From Octopus vulgaris (taxonomy: Eukaryota), in contig OX597818.1 in NCBI GenBank assembly GCA_951406725.2, forward strand, positions 4,588,001 through 4,652,000: a stretch of 64,000 nt of DNA. Reading direction: 5' to 3'. Below, one piece after another: positions 12,780 through 23,894 of the stretch. The notes below the pieces were generated by a model that made no database searches, had not been told where the DNA came from, and saw only the letters and a program-made list of their open reading frames with translations. Each line of letters starts with the position of its first letter. Within the stretch, counting starts at the first letter, position 1. A program made the position numbers and the translations under genes.

Positions 12780-15700
12780 AACTCTGTTTGTAACAGCTAA
12801 AATGAAACTGGATTTTTAAAGGAAGGCCTCTCGCTCTGCAGTGGTTCAGTAAAGATGCAGGGTGACCACAGCTGTTATCCTATTACAGCATCAGCGGATA
12901 ATAGAGCCAGGAGGAGGAAGTGAACCAACGAAGAAAACACGATAGTGATGCAGTGCTATTTAGATAGTGAACCAAAAAGAAGGGGCTATAAAAAACGAAT
13001 GTTAACACTTTGGGTGGAGAAGGGTTTGTTTAAAGTGACTGAGCAGAGATTAGTAGATTAAGCTAATACTATTAGGAGAATAAAGTGGATAAAAGAATTG
13101 GAGGTAGAAGACAAGGCAGTGGGAAAGACAAACAACAATATAAGAGATACAATTCAAACCAAAGAAGAACCTAAAGGAAAAAATAATAACAGTGCTACAA
13201 ATGAGGAAGGCACCAACGACTTAAGTGATTTAAGTGAGGAAGATCTGAAGATTTCAGATGAGTAGCAGGAAGCAATGAGTAAAGAAGTAAGAAAAAGACT
13301 GCCAGTATTAAGAGGCACCAACAGAAGGAAGCTGCTAGATATGACTAGGAAAGCAGATTCTGTTATCAGGAGGGTAGTTACTAAAAATATAGGAGACACC
13401 AACTTATTGATCTATGCAGGATGGGGAAATAGTCACCAGAAGATAAAATATCTCACAGGGAAAGATAAAAAAAGAGCAAATGTGGTAAAGAAGACTATAA
13501 AATAACGTGAAGACTTTAAGAGAAGATCTGATTAGAATAGAAACCTGGAAACTGAACAAGTTAGGAAACACAAGAAGCAAATCTTCCCTCGCTAAAAGAT
13601 ACTTAGTCAAAGAAAAAGGATTTGGGACAGTAAAAGAAGAGTTGAAGCAACGTATCATAGCAGTAGCAGGCAAACTCTCCAGATATCAGAAAAGAATAGA
13701 TCAGTATCAACGGAATAGATTATTTGAAACAGACCAGAGGAGATTTTATAACCAAATAAATAGTGGAGAATGAAGTACTAAACATTAGAAATCCGATGCA
13801 GAAGAAGCTAGAAATTTATGGAGTAATATTTGGGATATGTCAGTCAATCATAATGGAAACGCAGTATGGTTAAAGAAAGTGAAGGAAGAAGTAGTGAACG
13901 AGAAACAGCCAGATCTAAGATTAACTAGTGCATTAATGAGTAAAGTGTTAGGAAAAATACCGAATTAGAACGGTCCAGGCTAAAGAACTTCAGTAGTTTA
14001 GGGAAGCTGAGGGAACAACTTCAAGATTGCCTTAATGGAGGAATAATACCAGATTGGATGACTAGAGGGAGGACAATATTCATTATGAAAGATATAAGTA
14101 AGACTAATACAGTTAGCAATTATAGACCAATCACTTGCTTACAATTAGTGTGAAAACTGTCAACAGGAATGCTTCAGAAAGCATTTACAAGCACTTTGAC
14201 AACCAGTATTTACTACCAGAAGAACAGAAAGGTTGCAGGAAAAAGGCTAGAGGAATACTTGATCTATTATATATAGACAAAGTAAAAGCGAGAAAGAAAA
14301 AAATTCTAACAAAAACATGGATAGATTATAGGAAAGCCTATGACATGGTGTCACACTCATGGATAAGTGAATGTTTGAATATATTCAGTATAGCAGAAAA
14401 CATAAGAGAATTAAATAGCTATAGCATGAAGAAATGGAAAGTCGATCTCCACTCAGGTGACACACTCATAGGGAAAGTTAATATCAAAAGAGGTATTTTC
14501 CAAGGGGACTCGTTGTCCCCTTTACTATTTGTATTATGTTTGATCCCCCTCAATTTAATATCAAGGTAGGCAAAGGCAGGGTGTCAGTTTAGAAATAGTA
14601 ATGAAAAAATTAACCATTTGCTCTACATGGATCATCTGATGCTTTTTAGTTGGAATGAAAAAGAGATAAATTACTTAATATAGACTGTAAGAATCTTCAG
14701 CAGAGATATAGGAATTTGGCATAGATAAGTGTGCAATATTAGTCATGAAAAGGGGACAGGTAGTCAGCACTGAAGGTATCCAATTATCAGATAGCCAGAC
14801 ATAAAAATCATTGAAAGGAGGAGAAAGTTATAAGTATCTAGGAGTATTAGAATCTGACAGAGTACTAACTACAGATATGAAAACGAAAATTGAGTAGTAC
14901 ATCAAAAGGGTGCGGAACCTAATGAAGTCAGAGCTGAATGGTCCGAATTTAGTGAAGGCTGTAAATACTTGGGCAGCATCATTACTAAGATACTCAGCAG
15001 ATTTTGCAGATTGGACAAAAACTGAATTAGCAAAGCTATACAGAACTAAGAAGAAATATTATATATGGTGGACTCTACCCAAGATCAGTAGTAACATGAT
15101 TATACCTACCCAGAGAGGAAGGTGGAAGAGGGTTAATATCCGTAGAAGACTGTATGGAGTTAGCTATATTAGATATAGATTCTATACAGGTAATAGTGAA
15201 GAAAGTTTATTAAAAGCTGCAAGAGTCACAGCGAAACATAGGGAAACCAAGAAGCCAAACGAAGTTAAAAACCAGAAAAAGGAACAGAAATTATCTGAAT
15301 TGCAGGAGAAGGCGTTGCATGGCAGATTCTCAAAGATAGTTGCAACAAATAGTAGTAGTGAGACATGTTTATGGTTGCAGAAATGAAAGCTGAAGAGGGA
15401 GACAGAAAGCTTGTTAGTAGTCGCACAAGATCAAGAATTAAGGACTAATTGGATAAAAGCCAAGATAGACAAAAACCAAATAGATTCCCAATGTAGATTA
15501 TGCAAATCAAAAGAATAAACTATTATGCATATAGCAAGTGAGTGTAGCATGTTGGTACAAAGAATACAAGAAAAGACATGATAATCTGGGGAGAGCAATC
15601 CACTGGGAGCTATGTAGAAAGCTAGGATTTGAACATATTGATAAATGGTATGAACATGAACCTAGTAAAGTACTAGAAAGCAACAAATACAAGATGTTGT

Positions 15701-16047
15701 GGGACTTTGACCTTCAGACTTACAGAGTAATAGAAGCTAGAAAGCCTGATTTGTTAGTAGTAAATAAAGAATATAAAAAGTGCCAGATAATTGACTTTAC
15801 AGTCCCTTATGATGAAAAAAATCAACATGAGAGTATCGAAAAAATAACAAAATACCAGGACCTAGCTAGTGATTTACAGAGACTATGGAAAATGTGGGTA
15901 AAATGTATCCCAGTAGTTATAGGTACATTGGAAATTATCCCTAAAAATCTGAACAGATGGATCGAGGAAATAGGCATAAAACCCAGTTTAGTATAGCTGC
16001 AGAAAACATTAGGGACAACTAGAATATTTAGGAGGGTTCTTGGCATC
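12780..16047 (+). mobile_element. R4/Dong-type LINE (RT plus restriction-like endonuclease), near full length, decayed
   Basis: NYRPITCL, EQKGCRK, WIDYRKAYDMVSHSW, RGIFQGDSLSPLLFVLCL, HLLYMD, a CCHC finger, RHDNLGRAIHW and RKPDLLVV...IIDFTVP...EKITKYQDL. Confidence 0.93.
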
Positions 16048-16057
16048 TATATACATA

Positions 16058-16289
16058 TTTCAGGTCATCCCATAAGCAATGTCTGGATTTTAAATAAGGA
16101 AAATAAGTGATGAGATCTTACATTTTGATGAAACTTAATCGTCAATATAGTTTCCATGATTATCTATGACATCTTTCTATCTACTCGTAAGCTTTTAAAT
16201 CCCTTTTATGAAAAACTTTTTCGGTGTGAAGAGAAGAACTCTGAAAGGTTAGTTGTTTCGAGAGTTCATCAAAATAATTCTGTATCCTA

Positions 16290-16290
<1 letters not shown>
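16058..16290 (-). mobile_element. mariner 3' end fragment
   Basis: ggtcatcccataa matches the TIR of the 53421-54659 element. Decayed C-terminus LSEFFSS...GFKSL. Confidence 0.55.
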
Positions 16291-16350
<60 letters not shown>

Positions 16351-16354
<4 letters not shown>

Positions 16355-16653
16355 AAATGGGACAAGAACGCAAAACATCCGGACAACTATGTGATACAAA
16401 AGGGGACAACAAAACATCCAGATAGACGATAAAAAAAGGACGGGTCATTCGAAGCTTCCTATCCTCAGTCAAGAACCGGATCATCCTCGCAATTTCGGCT
16501 GATTAATCTTGAGATTGCTCCAATCTGGCCAGCCCCAAGGAAAGTCTAAGCTAAGAGCATTAGATTCCTTGGAAGAAAGCATCGAATGTATACGAAAACA
16601 AGGACGGAAAAACAGACGATGTCACACAAATATAAATACAAAATACAATGAAA

Positions 16654-16740
<87 letters not shown>

Positions 16741-17171
16741 CAACAGGACATAACAACAGGTGTCTTTCGACTGGAGACGAATTGAATTCAGCTGGCGTGT
16801 GTGGAAATGAAGCCTTACGGCAGAGAAACAAAACTTTCACAAACACAGGGAAGAAAATTGATGTGTCAGTGACCACAGTCAGACGCAAAAAGAAGGCTAG
16901 CAGTCTGGCCTTTCGGTCACGTGAAAAGAGAAGACAGAGAAAAAGAGGAACAAAAGAATTAAGGAGGGGGAAAAGAGAGAGAGAGAGAGAGTGTAGAAGC
17001 AGAAGGACAGAAGAATTAAGGAGGGGCGAGAAAAATGACAGGGACATAGTGAAGTGAAAAGTGAATAAGAAAGGCAAGGAAATGTGAGAGGGGGGAAAAT
17101 GAATAATGATAGATGAATGTACAGATACAAATTCCTATCTTTCTATCTGTTCACTCATCAGTTACTCATAC

Positions 17172-17180
<9 letters not shown>
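16351..17180 (-). repeat. non-coding interspersed repeat with hammerhead-like fragments (related layout at 52740-53375)
   Basis: A ggctg...cagcc stem precedes GAAA, followed by CTGAGGA..gaagcttc-GAAT..GTC. It has a T-rich tail, internal (TTA)n and CT-rich tracts, and (TA)n flanks. Confidence 0.5.
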
Positions 17181-17258
<78 letters not shown>

Positions 17259-17375
17259 TAGCTGATCTCATTCGATTACTTGTACCACTTAACACACGTT
17301 AAATAGATATCATGGAATGTTTAGACTGATGTTTATCGATTTTATATCCTCTTCATTTTCTTATTTGCCTTATTT

Positions 17376-17479
<104 letters not shown>

Positions 17480-17487
17480 CTGTGTTC

Positions 17488-17523
17488 CTTTCTGTGGAAG
17501 AGCGTAGGCTCGAAACAGTAAAG
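17488..17523 (+). ncRNA. minimal hammerhead-like motif, A6U variant
   Basis: cttt-CTGTGGA-A-gagc(gtag)gctc-GAAAC-A-GTA-aag. A second, decayed copy at 48468-48503 (-) has the same CTGTGGA. Confidence 0.55.
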
Positions 17524-17609
17524 ACTTTTTCACTTCCCGAGCGTTATACTACTATATCTGCTTGTTGTCTACGCCACCTGTCTTCGTCTTTTGTTTTTTT
17601 GTGGATTCT

Positions 17610-17644
<35 letters not shown>

Positions 17645-17649
17645 AAATC

Positions 17650-17854
17650 AAAAAAGGAAAATACGTACACTGACATGGTTATAATATAATTTTTAATATA
17701 TCGACCGGTTTCGCAATCGCTATTCATGATATAATGTTTAATTTAAACATTATATCATTAAAATTAAACATTATATCATGAATAGCGATTGCGAAACCGG
17801 TCGATATATTAAAAATTATATTATAACCATGTAAGTGTACGTATTTTCTTTTTT
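17650..17854. repeat. fold-back palindrome (~95-bp arms), one hammerhead per arm
   Basis: The arms differ at about 2 positions. A 14-nt snap-back duplicate lies at 17745-17758. Confidence 0.92.
17772..17808 (+). ncRNA. 37-nt minimal hammerhead motif, A3:U8 variant (mirror copy 17697-17733, minus)
   Basis: tatatc-ATGAATA-gc(gatt)gc-GAAA-CCGG-TC-gatata, with a 6-bp stem I, palindromic ACCGGT and a GUC site. Confidence 0.7.
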
Positions 17855-17865
17855 TAATATACACA

Positions 17866-17946
<81 letters not shown>

Positions 17947-18022
17947 ATAAATATTAGGGAATAAATCCAAATTTACAGGGTAAAATCAGATTTAGGACTG
18001 AATCCAATTTATAGTAAAATAT

Positions 18023-18384
18023 TATATAATATTAATTAGAGACAAAACCACTATTATGCAAATCAAACAAAGAAAGACTTAATCCAATACATAAAAAAAT
18101 TTATATAAATTAAATAAAATTAAATTCGCCACTACAATTGTTTCGTGTCTCTTCTAAGGGCATTCATCAGGTGGTATTCAGATCTTCTATTCAATTTTAA
18201 GTTATGAAGACTTCATAACTTAAAATTGAATAGAAGATCTGAATACCACCTGATGAATGCCCTTAGAAGAGACACGAAACAATTGTAGTGGCGAATTTAA
18301 TTTTATTTAATTTATATAAAATTTTTTATGTATTGGATTAAGTCTTTCTTTGTTTGATTTGCATAATAGTGGTTTTGTCTCTAA

Positions 18385-18397
<13 letters not shown>
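18023..18397. repeat. near-perfect 375-bp palindrome (187-bp arms, 1-nt spacer at 18210)
   Basis: The centre reads agttatgaag-a-cttcataact. One arm mismatch was seen, in an A/T run. Confidence 0.95.
18246..18291 (+). ncRNA. minimal type I hammerhead motif (mirror copy 18129-18174, minus)
   Basis: ccac-CTGATGA-atgcccttagaagagacac-GAAAC-AATT-GTA-gtgg, with palindromic ACAATTGT. Stem II is imperfect. Confidence 0.75.
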
Positions 18398-18479
<82 letters not shown>

Positions 18480-18589
18480 TATACATATATGTATATATAC
18501 ATATATATATGTAAATAAACATATATATATATATATGAGTTTTAGTAATGCACACATTCATACATACATACGGACAGACACACATTCTC

Positions 18590-18637
<48 letters not shown>

Positions 18638-19370
18638 GTTGAAGTGCGTGTATATATATGTATATGTATATACATTTATTTATGTGTGTGTGTGTGGGTG
18701 TGTGTATATAGGTGTATGTGTATATATTGAGTATTGTATGTATGTACATGTATGTATGTGTGTGCATATGTGTATGTGTGTATGTGTGTGTATATATGTG
18801 TGTATATATGTATGTATATGTGTATGTATATGTATATATATGTATGTTGTGTATGTATGTACATGTAAGTATGTGTGTGCATATGTGTATGTGTGTATGT
18901 GTGTGTATATATGTGTGTATATATGTATATGTATGTATGTGGTTATGTATGTGTATATATATATATATATATACATATATATATACACATACATACACAC
19001 ATACATACATATACATATATACACACATATATACACACACATACTTACATGTACATACATACAATACTCAATATATCACATACATACATACACACATACA
19101 TACATACTTGCATATGTATACATACATGCGTATATGTATACACAAGCACACTGACGCACACACATGCGCACAAACGAACAAACAAGCAAAAAGACCGCAG
19201 CTCTGATAACGGAGAAGGTTGCAAAACGCAACGAAAATTTTAGAAAAATTTTAGAAAAAATAAATAAGCAAATAAGTATAAATAAGTAAGCAACTGCAGC
19301 GGGAAAGGTATTTTTAAGCCATTTAAGAAACACACAAAAACCGTTAGATTCACTTCAACATTTAAAATTT

Positions 19371-19426
19371 AATTTGCCAGAATATTTTCTTCGCTTTGAG
19401 CCCGCGACCTGATCACTGAAAAAATT
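19371..19426 (-). ncRNA. minimal hammerhead motif, G3:C8 variant
   Basis: aattttttca-GTGATCA-g-gtcgc(gggctcaaa)gcgaa-GAAA-ATAT-TC-tggcaaatt, with palindromic AATATT. It lies in repeat 19200-19512, related to 61795-61977. Confidence 0.6.
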
Positions 19427-19510
19427 CCGTGCTGCATAAATGAGTGGAAATCGAACCGGTCAGTGTGTTAAATAATAAGGCACTAAAAGAGAATGACTCT
19501 CCTCAGACAC

Positions 19511-19548
<38 letters not shown>

Positions 19549-19555
<7 letters not shown>

Positions 19556-19823
19556 TTAGAGACAAAACGACTATTATGCAAATCAAACAAAGAAAGACTT
19601 AATCCAATCCATAAAAAATGTTATATAAATTAAATATAATTAATCTTAATTATATTTAATTTATATAAATTTTTTTATGTATTGGATTAAGTCTTTCTTT
19701 GTTTGATTTGCATAATAGTGGTTTTGTCTCTAATTAATATTATATTATATTTTACTATAAAATTGGATTCAATCATAAATCTGATTTTTCCCTGTAAATT
19801 TGGATTTATTCCCTAATATTTAT

Positions 19824-19830
<7 letters not shown>
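19549..19830. repeat. third fold-back (arms 19549-19643 and 19646-19740), same family as 17945-18397, without the ribozyme
   Basis: attaattagagacaaaac...taattaa-tc-ttaatta...gttttgtctctaattaat. The right arm continues into ccctgtaaatttggatttattccctaatattt. Confidence 0.9.
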
Positions 19831-19893
<63 letters not shown>

Positions 19894-19894
<1 letters not shown>

Positions 19895-20544
19895 AGCAAT
19901 AATTAATCTCTGAACGAGGTATAAACAGTAGATGCACAACAATGTGAAGTATATTTGCAACTTAAATGTGGCTAACCACTAAGGGTGGATGTTACTGTAG
20001 CTTGTAGGCCCAGGAGAACATCTTCTCCAACTGGCTATTGACACACTTTCTGTGCCCTATCAGTACTTGCAAAGAGAAACCGTCCTTCCCATAGACCTGA
20101 CGTGATATGTACGGACCCGGGGCTACAAGCTACAATAGCATCCACACTTAGTGGTTAGTCACATTTAAGTGGCAAATATACTTCACATTGTGGTGCAGCT
20201 ACTGTCTATACCTCGTTCTGAGATTAATTATTGCTTGTTTACACTTTTTCTAGATCAGTGACTTTTCGTCACTGGAAAAAGGAGATATGTATTTGCATTG
20301 GGACCCCTTAGCATCGCAGACCGGTGATTGTCATGCGCTGACGACGGGTAAATAACCAGAAACTCGGCCCCGTGGGTATTACGTCAGGTTGGCGATGGGA
20401 AGGATGGCTTCCCCTTGCAAATACTGATAGGACAGAGAAAGTGTGTCAATAGCCAGTTGGAGAAGATGTTCTCCTGGGGCTACAAGCTACAGTAGCATCC
20501 ACCCTTAATGGTTAGCTACATTTAAGTTGCAAATATACTTCACA
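19894..20544 (+). mobile_element. retrozyme-like element A: 357-bp monomer (1.2 copies) plus an upstream inverted partial copy
   Basis: ggggctacaagctac recurs at 20119 and 20476. 19894-20120 is an inverted copy. A decayed HHR at 20332-20374 reads CTGACGA-cgggtaaataacca-GAAAC-TCG-GCC. Confidence 0.7.
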
Positions 20545-20557
20545 CACACACATATAT

Positions 20558-20754
20558 TCTCTCTTTACTCTTTTGCCGTTGTCAAGCGATGATGGGGGGG
20601 GGGCAAACACACGTACATATATACGACGGGCTTCTTTCAGTTTCCGTCTGGAAAGGCTATGGTCGGCCCGAGGCTATAGTAGAAGACACTTGCCCAAGGT
20701 GCCATGCAGTGGGACTGAACCCGGAAGCTACTTACCACACAGCCACTCCTTCGC

Positions 20755-20756
<2 letters not shown>
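20558..20756 (-). mobile_element. SINE family A, internally deleted
   Basis: ggcgaaggagtggctgtgtggtaagtagc head and the ggcaccttgggcaagtgtcttctac core. Confidence 0.85.
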
Positions 20757-20821
<65 letters not shown>

Positions 20822-20825
<4 letters not shown>

Positions 20826-20937
20826 TTATTTACAATTGACAGATATTTGTCCTCATCTTGTTTGTTGTTAACACAACGTTTCGACTGATATACCCTCCAG
20901 CCTACATCAGGTGTCTTGGGGGAATTTCGATCTTCTT

Positions 20938-21004
<67 letters not shown>

Positions 21005-21145
21005 TCACTACCTGGAATCGAACTCGGAATCTTGGGGTTAGTAGCCTGTGCTCTTAACCACTACGCCATATGCCCACGGGCATTATCAGGTAATTATCCG
21101 TCAATTGTAGATAATGTACATAATTCCTCATCTCTTAAATATAGT
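20822..21145 (-). mobile_element. tRNA-headed short element with an internal hammerhead and an inverted terminal copy
   Basis: tRNA-like head at 21075-21003 (A box tggcgtagtgg, B box gttcgattc), then (TAA)n(GAA)n. HHR at 20914-20871 reads acac-CTGATGT-A-ggctg..cagtc-GAAAC-GTT-gtgt. 21095-21118 is an inverted copy of 20823-20845. Confidence 0.7.
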
Positions 21146-21859
21146 ACTGTAATATATAATACATATATATATATATATATACACGCACACACATTCATAC
21201 ATAAATACATATAATAGAAGCTTATGTTTGGCAAGGCGTGATTACACAAATATGTGCGTAATTTGCAGGTTGATGCAGCCCATCCCCCACAAACACACAG
21301 ACGCGTGTAAGCGTCTTTATTTATGTATATGTTTCTCTGAGAATTTGTCATTTTGGTTTTAATGGTATGATGATTCATTAATTGGGTTCCAGCGAAGGAA
21401 ATATATGTTCTCTAGGAATGAGTTGCAGAACTCACTAAAGTGCTACTTCAGTAAAAGTCTTTTAAGTGCGTTTCCTTTTATGAAAATACTGTATCACTTC
21501 TTGTGTTTCTCAGTAAATATGAGTAACATCACTTTGAACGTAACTTGAATTCAACTGCTAGTATCAACCAGATGTCTTACAGTTAACAAGGCACCTTCTA
21601 CATTGTTACTTCTAGCATGAAGTAGCAGCAAAATTTCTCTCAAATCTCACTCTAGTGTCAAAATTGTCTAAGACGACATTGAATATTGTAATACGAAATT
21701 CAGAATCCTGAAAACAGATGGAGAATTCTTTTGACCAAATGCCCATTTGATCAGGATTTGATAACAGCAGGGTAACAGCAACAACCTAGTTATCATGCAA
21801 GAAGAAATATTTTAAAATTCTATGATTGGAAGTTCTTTAACTGAGCAGAAATATTTCTT

Positions 21860-22620
21860 TTTCTTGTAATTTGGGTAATTGCTGTTTCCTTATAGAGCAG
21901 GAATCTAATCAATGTGGGCTGTTCCCTCGTGTTCATAGTTGTTGACGATACCAAGCAATGTTTTAGTGAATTTGTTCAGTTCTTTTTCACAAGCATAAAA
22001 GACCAATAAACGATAGGTAGTATTACAGTGTCCATTGTCCACATCCGGTTTATTTCTATTTCTAAACTTTTGTATTTTGATAATTATCGGTACTTTTGTG
22101 GTTGTATTTCTCTCTGATGGTATTTCCACTTCTATTATTAGGCAGTTCTTTTCCTTCTTATCATTGATAATAGTGTCCAGACGTTTTGCTGTAATTTCCC
22201 GGTCTGTACGAAAAGGTATATCCAATAGTATGGTGGCGTTCTATTTTTCATGATTGTTTTTACCTGATGGTTACACCATTTCTCGGTGTTATATTCTTTA
22301 CAGACTTTGTGTACTGCTGCTTTGTTGGATGTATTTCATCTTAAGTTCTGGGTAATCAGAAGCAAGTTGTTCAATTGTTTCTTAGAACTTGCTACATATA
22401 TTGCATTGAAGGTCGATGCCATTTTTATTATTCTATGTTGGTCGGACTTTGTTCGAAGGCACTGGTCTTTTGCAGTAATGATGAGACCGTCTGTTTCTCG
22501 CTTAGGGCTTGTTGCTCTGAGCCATCTGTGTATCTTATTCTTTTCGCATATTTTCCACGCATTGCCCTTTCTTCCCATTTTGTACTTAGTTGCTTTTCTC
22601 CTTGATTTTTGGCTTCTTTT
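21860..22620 (-). mobile_element. R4/Dong-type LINE 3' remnant
   Basis: LKRETDGLIITAKDQCLRT-like and DIPFRTDREITAKRLDTIINDK...IIEVEIP. Confidence 0.75.
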
Positions 22621-22920
22621 TTACTTCTTGGGCAGAAGAAAAAGAATCTCATCTCTCAGCAGGAGATTTTCTTCTTCTTCTTCTTCTTCTTCTTCTTCTT
22701 CTTCTTCTTCTTCTTCTTCTTCTTCTTCTTCTTCTTCTTCTTCTTCTTCTTCTTCTTCTCCTCCTTCTTCTTCTTCTTCTTCTTCTTCTTCTTCTTCTTC
22801 TTCTTCTTCTTCTCCATCTCCTCCTCCATGCCCCACCACATCCTCCTCCTTCACCCCCTCCTCCTTCTCCTCCATCATCGTTGTCGTCGTCGTCGTCATC
22901 ATCATCATCATCATTGTTAA

Positions 22921-23106
22921 GGCGGCGAACTAGCAGATTCATTAGCACACTGGGTGAAATGCTTAGCGGCATTTCGTCCGTCGCCGAGGTCAGCTTTGCC
23001 TTTTATCGTTTCGGGGTCGATAAATTAAGTACCAGTTGTGCACTGGGGTCGATGTGATCGAGTTACCCCTCCACCAAAATTTCAGGCGTTGTGTCTTTAG
23101 TAGAAT
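22921..23106 (+). mobile_element. tRNA-derived SINE (family B); decayed minus copies at 57428-57600 and 57620-57715
   Basis: Shared ggggtcgataaattaagtaccagtt...ctggggtcgatgt.atcga...aaatttcagg.cttgtg.ct.tagtagaa. Confidence 0.7.
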
Positions 23107-23379
23107 GGTATTTTTATGGGGTTTTTCCATGAGCAGCCCTCAAAACTCTCCTCCCTATTGAGGATTACATTGTTGATTTTCTTTCTTTTTTCCTTTTAAA
23201 TGTTGTTATTCTTGTTTACACACAAAACCCTCACAACAACATCCACTAACACACACTAACACACACACACGCACACACACATTCTTTGTTTTGTCCTATG
23301 CTGTCCATAATATTTTTCTTAATGTAAACCCTTGTGGTTAATAAAGAAATCAGTATTATTGTTATTGTTGTTGTTGTTG

Positions 23380-23437
<58 letters not shown>

Positions 23438-23438
<1 letters not shown>

Positions 23439-23600
23439 GCGTTTGCACAGCTTCTAACGCTGGAGATGTACTACGGTGTCAGCTGTTCACTACCAGTGAA
23501 TTAAGGTAACACCTCTTATCTTTTGAGCATCCGGAGTATTCGAATGGTTCCAAGCAGTGCTGTTTTCTGCAAGTGCTCCGCCCTCTGAGCCTGCCGGGTG
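23438..23600 (-). mobile_element. R4/Dong-type LINE extreme 3' end with (TAA)n tail
   Basis: EHLQKTALLGTIRILRML, then a short 3' UTR and (TAA)n. Confidence 0.75.
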
Positions 23601-23802
23601 CAACACTGTCACCATCAATGACTTCAGTTTCATTACCACCGTTATTCTCAATATTTTGTTTTTTCATTGTCACTCATATGAGGTAATGATTATCAGGCTG
23701 CGCAATTACCAGTGTTTTTATTAGTGACACAATCACTAATTATTATTATTATTGTTGTTGTTGTTGCTGTTGTTATTATTATTATTATTGTTGTTGTTGT
23801 TG

Positions 23803-23888
<86 letters not shown>

Positions 23889-23894
23889 TTTATT

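Noticed and set aside
12755-12802. Hairpin plus GCTAA upstream of the R4/Dong ORF, resembling an HDV-like P4-J4/2
   Set aside because: P1, P2 and P3 could not be found.
18391-19243. Many long overlapping ORFs rich in Y/I/V/C/H/T
   Set aside because: They are translations of (TA)n/(TG)n/(CA)n microsatellites. The same applies near 1.0, 8.2, 17.3 and 37.8 kb.
22286-23057. Poly-S/L/F/E/K/R ORFs
   Set aside because: They come from a (CTT)n tract adjoining a LINE remnant.
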